Shown one piece after another: positions 57,811-64,000 of a stretch of DNA of 64,000 bases. How positions within the stretch are numbered: position 1 is the first letter of the stretch; every line of letters begins with the position of its first letter. The notes under the pieces are model-generated. The model was not told where the DNA came from and did not search any database. It saw nothing but the letters and a program-made list of their open reading frames with translations. The stretch is from an uncultured Pseudomonadales bacterium (lineage in GTDB: Bacteria > Patescibacteriota > Microgenomatia > UBA1400 > UBA1396): assembly GCA_964511175.1 (NCBI GenBank), contig CAZEEI010000002.1, forward strand, positions 132,382-196,381. Reading direction: 5' to 3'. The position numbers were made by a program, and so were the translations under genes.

Positions 57811-59259
57811 ATGCGGGTTCGTCTTCCCTGGGAAGCACTAGCGATTTTACAGAAACTAAACACTGGTGGTTTTAGTGGTTTTGTGGTGGGCGGCGCGGTA
57901 CGGGATATTATTTTAGGTCGTTCGACTTATGATTGGGACTTTACCACCAATGCTACCCCTGAACAGATTTGTTCTTTATTTCCTGAAAATTTTTACACCA
58001 ACACTTTTGGCACCGTAGGAATTGCTCGTTCTCATCTTTGGGAGCAAATTGGGTTGGATAGTACCCAATTAAGCGCTAGTGAAAAAGATCAAGTTTTGGA
58101 AATTACGACTTTTCGCAGTGAGAGCGCTTATTCTGATTTCCGCCGCCCCGATTCGGTGCAATGGGGAAACTCGTTGGACGGAGATTTGCAGCGGCGCGAT
58201 TTTACGATTAATTCTTTGGCTTTGTCAGTATCCGATTCAACTTTGGCAACCTTTCATCCGTCCGCCCAACTATCCCATTTAGAAGTTGATTGCCAACTGC
58301 ACGATCCCTTTAGTGGACAAGCTGATTTGCAAAGACGCGTGCTGCGGACGGTGGGTAATCCGCAACAGCGTTTTCAGGAAGATGCTTTGCGCTTGTTGCG
58401 GGCCGTCCGTTTTGCGGCACAATTAGAAATGCAGATCGAACCGGATACTTTGGTTGCTTTGCAAAGTTGTGCTCCTCTGGTAGAAAAAATATCCTGGGAA
58501 AGAATTCGGGATGAAATGCTCAAAATTATTGTTACCGACCACGTGGAAGACGCTTTGACCCTGATGTATACCGCTGGTATTTTGCAGTACGTTTTGCCTG
58601 AACTAATCACCACCCGCGGCGTTGAGCAGCGCGGTCATCACGAGTTTGACGTTTGGACCCACTCTTTGCGGGCTTGCGCCAGTTGTCCTTCCCGCGATCC
58701 GGTGGTGAGACTAGCTACTCTTTTACACGATATTGCTAAACCCCAAACTCAAACGGAAATACCGGACAGCACTGGTGAATACTCTTTTTATAATCACGAA
58801 GTGATCGGGGCGCGTTTGGCACGCGATGTCGCCCGTCGTTTACGCTTACCTAAAGATGATATTCAGCGCATTTTCTTAATGGTTCGTTGGCATATGTTTT
58901 ATTACCAACCAAATTTGACGGACGCGGCGATTCGCCGCTTTATTCGTCGGGTAGGACCGGAGATGATCGACGACATGATGGCCTTACGCGAAGGTGATCG
59001 CGTTGGCTCAGGCAGCAAACGCACTAGTTGGCGTCTAGAAGAAATGAAGCAACGCATCTATGATCAACTACACCAACCGCTGCGACTGACCGATTTGGTA
59101 ATAAAGGGTGAGGATGTAATGCAGACTTTGCAAATAAAACCGGGTAAAAAAGTAGGCGACATCCTCCAGCAACTTTTTGAAGAAGTTTTGGAAGATCCAA
59201 ATAAAAACAACCGTGAATACTTGCTGGATCGTCTCAATGTTCTGAATACTCAGAGTTAA
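57811..59259 (+). CDS. cca: CCA-adding tRNA nucleotidyltransferase with HD domain
   Basis: PolyA_pol head GGAVRD...DW.D.FT...RRDFTINSLA, plus an HD domain (HD..K motifs, LLHDIAK). Confidence 0.85.
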   Translation: MRVRLPWEALAILQKLNTGGFSGFVVGGAVRDIILGRSTYDWDFTTNATPEQICSLFPENFYTNTFGTVGIARSHLWEQIGLDSTQLSASEKDQVLEITTFRSESAYSDFRRPDSVQWGNSLDGDLQRRDFTINSLALSVSDSTLATFHPSAQLSHLEVDCQLHDPFSGQADLQRRVLRTVGNPQQRFQEDALRLLRAVRFAAQLEMQIEPDTLVALQSCAPLVEKISWERIRDEMLKIIVTDHVEDALTLMYTAGILQYVLPELITTRGVEQRGHHEFDVWTHSLRACASCPSRDPVVRLATLLHDIAKPQTQTEIPDSTGEYSFYNHEVIGARLARDVARRLRLPKDDIQRIFLMVRWHMFYYQPNLTDAAIRRFIRRVGPEMIDDMMALREGDRVGSGSKRTSWRLEEMKQRIYDQLHQPLRLTDLVIKGEDVMQTLQIKPGKKVGDILQQLFEEVLEDPNKNNREYLLDRLNVLNTQS

Positions 59260-59288
59260 ACTTAATTTAGAGGTTATAATGACGCGGT

Positions 59289-61997
59289 ATGTCTTGGCTT
59301 AGTATTTTTGACCCCCAACAGCGCACGATCAAGCGTTACCAGCAAGTAGTGACGGTAATTAATGATTGGGAACCTCAGTTAAAGAAACTTACTGATGCTA
59401 AATTGCGGGATAAAACTGTGCAATTCCGTCAACGCTTGGCCAAAGGTGAGAGTTTGGAAAAGATTCTGCCTGAAGCCTATGCGGTTGTGCGGGAAGCGGC
59501 GCGGCGCCAAATAGGCAAACGTCATTATGATGTCCAATTGATTGCGGGTATTGCTTTCCACGAAGGAAAAATTGCCGAGCAGCGCACGGGTGAAGGGAAA
59601 ACACTCTCTGCCACGTTGCCGTTGTACCTCAACGCTTTGGAGGGTAAGGGGGCTCATTTAGTTACGGTCAACGACTATCTTTCGCAAATTGGTGCTGGTT
59701 GGATGGGGCCGATTTATCACGCTCTAGGTTTGAAAGTTGGGGTTATTGTCCATGATGCCTCTTTCCTCTATGATCCCGATTTCACCGGCGAAGAACGGGG
59801 CGATGAACGCCTGGAACATTTTCGGCCAATACCGCGTCGTGAGGCTTACGCGGCCGATATTACGTATGGCACTAACAACGAATTTGGTTTTGATTATTTG
59901 CGCGACAACATGGCTCAGCGCCGCACCGACCAGGTACAGCGACAACATCATTTTGCGATTGTGGACGAGGCTGATTCGATTCTGATTGATGAAGCCCGCA
60001 CACCTCTAATTATTTCTGCCCCAGACGCCGAGCCAACCGAAAAATATCTCCAGTTTGCCAAACTAGTGCGTTTGCTTACTCCGCAAGCTGATTACATTGT
60101 TGATGAAAAAATGCGCACGGCCACCCTTACCGACTTAGGCATTAAACGTTTGGAACGCCAGTTGGGCGTGACTAATCTCTATGAGGAGAGTTTTGACACT
60201 ATTCATCATGCCGAACAAGCCCTAAAAGCCTATGCCGTTTTTGATCGCGATAAAGATTATGTGGTGCGTGAAGGAGAAATAATTATTGTCGACGAGCACA
60301 CCGGGCGACTGATGTTTGGTCGCCGCTATTCGGACGGATTACACCAGGCTATTGAAGCCAAAGAAGAGGTGAAGGTACAGCAAGAGTCACGTACTTTGGC
60401 CACTATTTCTCTGCAAAATTACTTTCGTCTTTACCAAAAACTAGCCGGTATGTCTGGTACAGCGGTAACTGAAGCGGAAGAGTTCCAACAAATTTATCAG
60501 GCTGATGTGGTATCTATTCCCACTAATCAATCCATTTGTCGTAACGACTTTCCAGATGTGATTTATAAAACACTGCGAGCCAAATACACGGCCATTGTGC
60601 AGGAAATTGAATCGGTGCACCAAACCGGTCGTCCTATCTTACTGGGTACCCGTTCCATTGAACAAAACCAAATTATCGCTAAATTTCTCCAGCGCAAAAA
60701 TATTCCTCATCAAGTCTTGAATGCTAAAAATCACGAACGGGAAGCTTTCATTATTGCCGAAGCCGGTAAACCGGGAGCGATTACCGTAGCCACTAATATT
60801 GCCGGTCGGGGTGTGGACATTGTCTTAGGCGGAGCCGAACCGGAAAAACGCGACTACGACAGTAAACAAAAATATGAGCAGGCCCTACGTCATTGGCAAA
60901 AGGCGCATGATGAAGTAGTGGCGGCCGGCGGTTTGCATATTGTGGGCACCGAACGCCATGAAGCACGTCGCATTGATAACCAACTGCGCGGTCGCGCCGG
61001 CCGCCAAGGTGATCCTGGTTCTTCCCGCTTTTTTGTTTCGCTGGAAGATGAAATTATGCGCATCTTCGGCGGTGACCAGATTAGCCGGCTGATGGATGCC
61101 CTGCATTTAGACGAAAATACGCCAATTGAACATCAGTTGATCACTAAAGCCATTACTCAAGCCCAAATTAAAGTAGAGGGATTCTTTTTTGACCAACGTA
61201 AAAATCTAGTCGAGTATGACGATGTAATGAATCGGCAACGGGAAGTAATTTACCAGCGACGCCAGCGTTTGCTCGATTTAATTGCTCAAGAGGAAACACC
61301 TGATCGCCCCGCTGAACTCAAGCAACGGTTGGCAGAAACCTTCACCACTCACTTTCAGAACTTTGTTGATAGTCGTCTTAGCGGTGGTCTAGACGAAACC
61401 GAACAGCAAAATCTCCTGACTGAATTATCCCAAATTATTCCTTTTGACAGCGCTTCTTTGGATGCTTTAAAACAACAATTAGCGCGATTCACTGGTACTG
61501 CAGAAATAGTTACTTTCCTCGAAAAAATCTACGTCGACACCTACCGCTTGCGTGAAGATTCATTGGGTACTACCACTATGCGGGAGATTGAACTGTTTGT
61601 TTTCCTCAGCGCGATTGATGAGCAGTGGATGAATCACCTGGACAACATGACAACCTTGCGCGATAGCATCTGGTTGCGCGGTGGCAAAGAGCAGGCTTTA
61701 GCCGAGTACAAGAAAGAGGCTTTTCAACTTTTTACCGCTATGATTGCGCGCATTGAGACGGAGGCCCTCAAGCGTATCTTCCGCGTCCAGGTGCAGGGTC
61801 CAGTTCAGCCAATTGCGCCAACCAAATTACAAACCTCTGGTCCTAGTGAAAATACGGCCGCTTTAGCCCAGGCTTTGAATTCACTGCAAACAGGTGGCAC
61901 TTCGATTGAATCAACCTCCGCGGAAATAACTTCGGCCACTCAAACCAAACCTTCTCGCCGTAAGAAAAAACAACGTACTAAAGGTTCTTATCTCTAA
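59289..61997 (+). CDS. secA: preprotein translocase ATPase SecA
   Basis: DEAD-like motor (GEGKT, DEADS-type IVDEADSILIDEARTPLIIS), the preprotein cross-linking domain, helical scaffold/wing, and a basic C-terminal tail. Confidence 0.95.
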   Translation: MSWLSIFDPQQRTIKRYQQVVTVINDWEPQLKKLTDAKLRDKTVQFRQRLAKGESLEKILPEAYAVVREAARRQIGKRHYDVQLIAGIAFHEGKIAEQRTGEGKTLSATLPLYLNALEGKGAHLVTVNDYLSQIGAGWMGPIYHALGLKVGVIVHDASFLYDPDFTGEERGDERLEHFRPIPRREAYAADITYGTNNEFGFDYLRDNMAQRRTDQVQRQHHFAIVDEADSILIDEARTPLIISAPDAEPTEKYLQFAKLVRLLTPQADYIVDEKMRTATLTDLGIKRLERQLGVTNLYEESFDTIHHAEQALKAYAVFDRDKDYVVREGEIIIVDEHTGRLMFGRRYSDGLHQAIEAKEEVKVQQESRTLATISLQNYFRLYQKLAGMSGTAVTEAEEFQQIYQADVVSIPTNQSICRNDFPDVIYKTLRAKYTAIVQEIESVHQTGRPILLGTRSIEQNQIIAKFLQRKNIPHQVLNAKNHEREAFIIAEAGKPGAITVATNIAGRGVDIVLGGAEPEKRDYDSKQKYEQALRHWQKAHDEVVAAGGLHIVGTERHEARRIDNQLRGRAGRQGDPGSSRFFVSLEDEIMRIFGGDQISRLMDALHLDENTPIEHQLITKAITQAQIKVEGFFFDQRKNLVEYDDVMNRQREVIYQRRQRLLDLIAQEETPDRPAELKQRLAETFTTHFQNFVDSRLSGGLDETEQQNLLTELSQIIPFDSASLDALKQQLARFTGTAEIVTFLEKIYVDTYRLREDSLGTTTMREIELFVFLSAIDEQWMNHLDNMTTLRDSIWLRGGKEQALAEYKKEAFQLFTAMIARIETEALKRIFRVQVQGPVQPIAPTKLQTSGPSENTAALAQALNSLQTGGTSIESTSAEITSATQTKPSRRKKKQRTKGSYL

Positions 61998-62006
61998 ACT
62001 AGGCAT

Positions 62007-63170
62007 CTAGCTGCCAAAAATATAGAGTTCCTTTTCCGCTCGCGTAACGGCGGTATAAAGCCAGCGCGACCAGTCCTCGTCGCTCATGTGACGATTTCTT
62101 TCTTCGATTAAAACGACTTTGGCAGCCTGCGAACCTTGAGCTTTGTGTACGGTCAAGGCGTAACCGTAGTCAAAAAGGGCAATTTGCGGAGAAAGACGGC
62201 CGGTTGTTCGTTCGGTCTGGTTAAAAGTGGCTAAACTGATTTCGCCGCGGTAAAGTGGCGCACCAGCCAAGTTATTAATCGTGGCGGAAAGAGTTGTTTG
62301 ATCGGCAGTCTTATTCTTTTCCAACCGTGTAATTTGACCCATCAACCCGTTATAGAGGCCCTTCTGCCAATTATTTTTCAAACAAATAACAATGTCGCCC
62401 GGTTCAGGTTGGTCGGATTGACGCCATTGTTGTTGTCTAATTGAGTGATTGATGGCCACCCGCGTGCGGTTGAGACCAGTCAGAAAAAGAGTGTCTGGCT
62501 GGTAAGACTGAAAATAAGAATCGATTTGTTCCTGCGCAGCGTTGTCGGTGGCGGCAAACTTAATAACCCCTGGGCCAAAGTTTTTTACCGGAATATAGCC
62601 GTGCAAACGTGCCAGAGTAGCAACTTGAATGATGGGGCTGTCTGCGGCTTGGCGGTGAATTTTAGTCAACGTCAACTCGGGGGAGGACATTAGATTAAAA
62701 CGACCCTCAACGGGAGGCAATTGACCATGATCACCAACCGCCAGCACTGGAATACCAAAGCTAAGCACGTCACGCCAGATTTCGGCGGTAACCATGGATG
62801 CTTCGTCAATAATAATTAAGTCAAAGTCCAACTGGTCTTTTTTACACCAACCGACTATTTCGGTACCGCTTAAAACTGGAGCGTAGAGTAATGAGTGTAA
62901 GGTGCTCACCGAATCTTTAGCCTGACGTGCTTTAGACTGAGCCAATTTTTCGACCAAAACTTGGGAGGCTTTACCCGTATAGGCGGCAAAAGCCACCCGC
63001 CAGCCTGGTTTTTTGGTTTTTAGAATTAAACGCAGAATAACTAGTAGGGTACTTTTACCTGTACCAGCGTAGCCGCCCAAAGTCAAAAAAGGCTGAGATC
63101 CGGTCGCCAACCAAGATAAAACGGCACGTAAGACCTCCTTCTGATTAGCGGTAACGGTGAAGTCCTTCAT
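62007..63170 (-). CDS. RecD-like SF1 DNA helicase (AAA_30/UvrD_C_2 architecture)
   Basis: Walker A GYAGTGKST, motif II IIIDEASM, the GDHGQLPPV motif, and the C-terminal TVHKAQGSQ. Confidence 0.75.
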   Translation of the reverse strand: MKDFTVTANQKEVLRAVLSWLATGSQPFLTLGGYAGTGKSTLLVILRLILKTKKPGWRVAFAAYTGKASQVLVEKLAQSKARQAKDSVSTLHSLLYAPVLSGTEIVGWCKKDQLDFDLIIIDEASMVTAEIWRDVLSFGIPVLAVGDHGQLPPVEGRFNLMSSPELTLTKIHRQAADSPIIQVATLARLHGYIPVKNFGPGVIKFAATDNAAQEQIDSYFQSYQPDTLFLTGLNRTRVAINHSIRQQQWRQSDQPEPGDIVICLKNNWQKGLYNGLMGQITRLEKNKTADQTTLSATINNLAGAPLYRGEISLATFNQTERTTGRLSPQIALFDYGYALTVHKAQGSQAAKVVLIEERNRHMSDEDWSRWLYTAVTRAEKELYIFGS

Positions 63171-63201
63171 ATCTTGCGTTCAAATGATACACTGCTTTTA
63201 T

Positions 63202-63657
63202 ATGAAAGCACCATTTTTGCTGGGTATTATTGCCACGAGTTTATTCGGCTTAGCCGACGCTGGTTTTATTAGTTACGAAAAAATCGCCGGGATTACCCCC
63301 AGTTGTTACCTAACGGGTATTTTTCACTGCAGCCAAGTTTTAAGCAGTCCTTGGGCGTATTTAGGTCCCTGGCCGCTTTCTTTTTATGGAGTTGGTTTTT
63401 ACTTAGCGGTATTAGCCGTCGCTATAGCCTGCTTAGTTTTACCTAAACCGCCAGCTTATTTCACTAAGCTTTTAACAGCCTTGGCCGTTTTTGGGTTTGG
63501 CTTCTCTCTTTATCTTATGGCTATTCAAACTTGGCTAATTCAAGCCTTTTGTTTTTTCTGCGTTTTGTCGGCGCTTAGTGCCAGTTTGATTTTTCTACTA
63601 ACCCTGGGAGGGTGGTATTGGTCAAGGCGGGAGACCAAACATGATCAAACCACTTAG
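63202..63657 (+). CDS. vitamin K epoxide reductase (VKOR) family membrane protein
   Basis: Four or five TM helices and a CFFC (CxxC) motif in the last helix, with loop cysteines (SCYLTGIFHC). Earlier in-frame ATGs at 63157 and 63184 would overlap the helicase gene. Confidence 0.7.
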   Translation: MKAPFLLGIIATSLFGLADAGFISYEKIAGITPSCYLTGIFHCSQVLSSPWAYLGPWPLSFYGVGFYLAVLAVAIACLVLPKPPAYFTKLLTALAVFGFGFSLYLMAIQTWLIQAFCFFCVLSALSASLIFLLTLGGWYWSRRETKHDQTT

Positions 63658-63688
63658 TGATTTAACGGGAGTTGTTTATCGCCAAGTT

Positions 63689-64000
63689 ATGAAACCGGTG
63701 CTGTTCCGGTTGCCGGCGGATCAGGTACATGAATCTTTTCTTAACTTGGGGGAAGTACTGGGCAACACACCGCTGCGATCGATTATGCGCACTGGCTGGG
63801 CTTACCAACACCCGGCGTTGACCCAAAAAATTCAGGGCATCGAATTCTCAACTCCTCTTGGCTTGGCAGCCGGTTTTGATTATAACGCCCAATTAACTAG
63901 TGTTCTGCCAGATTTAGGTTTTGGTTGGCACACCATTGGTAGTATTACCCACGGCAGGTATGGCGGCAACCCAGCACCCATGTTGGGGCGCCTACCCCTC
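63689..64000 (+). CDS. pyrD: dihydroorotate dehydrogenase (quinone), 3' truncated at window edge
   Basis: The N-terminal helix VLFRLPADQVHE and the PLGLAAGFD...GFGWHTIGSITHGRYGGNPAPMLGRLP block match class-2 PyrD (NPLGLAAGLDK...GTVTP...PRLFRL). Confidence 0.8.
   Translation, partial: MKPVLFRLPADQVHESFLNLGEVLGNTPLRSIMRTGWAYQHPALTQKIQGIEFSTPLGLAAGFDYNAQLTSVLPDLGFGWHTIGSITHGRYGGNPAPMLGRLPL

Noticed and set aside
62007-63170. RecD-like helicase as part of a defence system (for example a Gabija- or Hachiman-like pairing)
   Set aside because: There is no partner nuclease, methylase or other defence-associated gene adjacent. Its neighbours are secA, VKOR and pyrD, so a housekeeping role is more likely.
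1-64000. CRISPR arrays, cas genes, restriction-modification, transposases, integrases, prophage genes
   Set aside because: Scanning for regularly spaced direct repeats and for hallmark protein motifs found none. The tRNA-adjacent clusters therefore lack the integrase and direct-repeat evidence needed to call a genomic island or mobile element.

Overview
This window is a bacterial chromosomal segment of moderate GC content (roughly 45-50% by eye), with one visibly AT-richer block at about 16.2-33.9 kb. Housekeeping genes flank a very large cell-surface polysaccharide biosynthesis locus. The housekeeping set includes hisS (5'-truncated), tyrS, gltX, lepB, dusB-like, rarA, an FKBP lipoprotein, eno, gpmA, a dacA-like peptidase, recJ, cca, secA, a RecD-like helicase, a VKOR-like protein, 3'-truncated pyrD, and tRNA-Pro, tRNA-Val and tRNA-Lys. 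The polysaccharide locus spans about 4.3-46 kb. It contains at least nine GT2 and two GT4 glycosyltransferases, a 1261-aa protein with three GT2 domains, two Wzx-type flippases, a Wzy/WaaL-like membrane protein, a Wzm/Wzt ABC exporter, a GDP-fucose synthase, RmlD-like and SDR enzymes, a sugar isomerase, a sugar C-methyltransferase, two other SAM methyltransferases, and a cassette of TagF-like, HAD and cytidylyltransferase genes. No transposases, integrases, CRISPR arrays or recognisable defence genes were seen. The candidates for something new are: (1) an orphan ~90-nt sRNA with a near-consensus promoter and an intrinsic terminator at 38.63-38.75 kb; (2) a leader at 55.41-55.60 kb with mutually exclusive antiterminator and terminator helices and a possible leaderless leader peptide, controlling two overlapping small unknown ORFs; (3) three tRNA-adjacent clusters of unrecognised proteins, one of which contains an apparent +1 frame junction; (4) a recurring arrangement in which a -10-like hexamer sits 7-9 nt before the start codon with no SD, suggesting widespread leaderless mRNAs. 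All functional calls come from reading motifs in the translations; no database search was possible.
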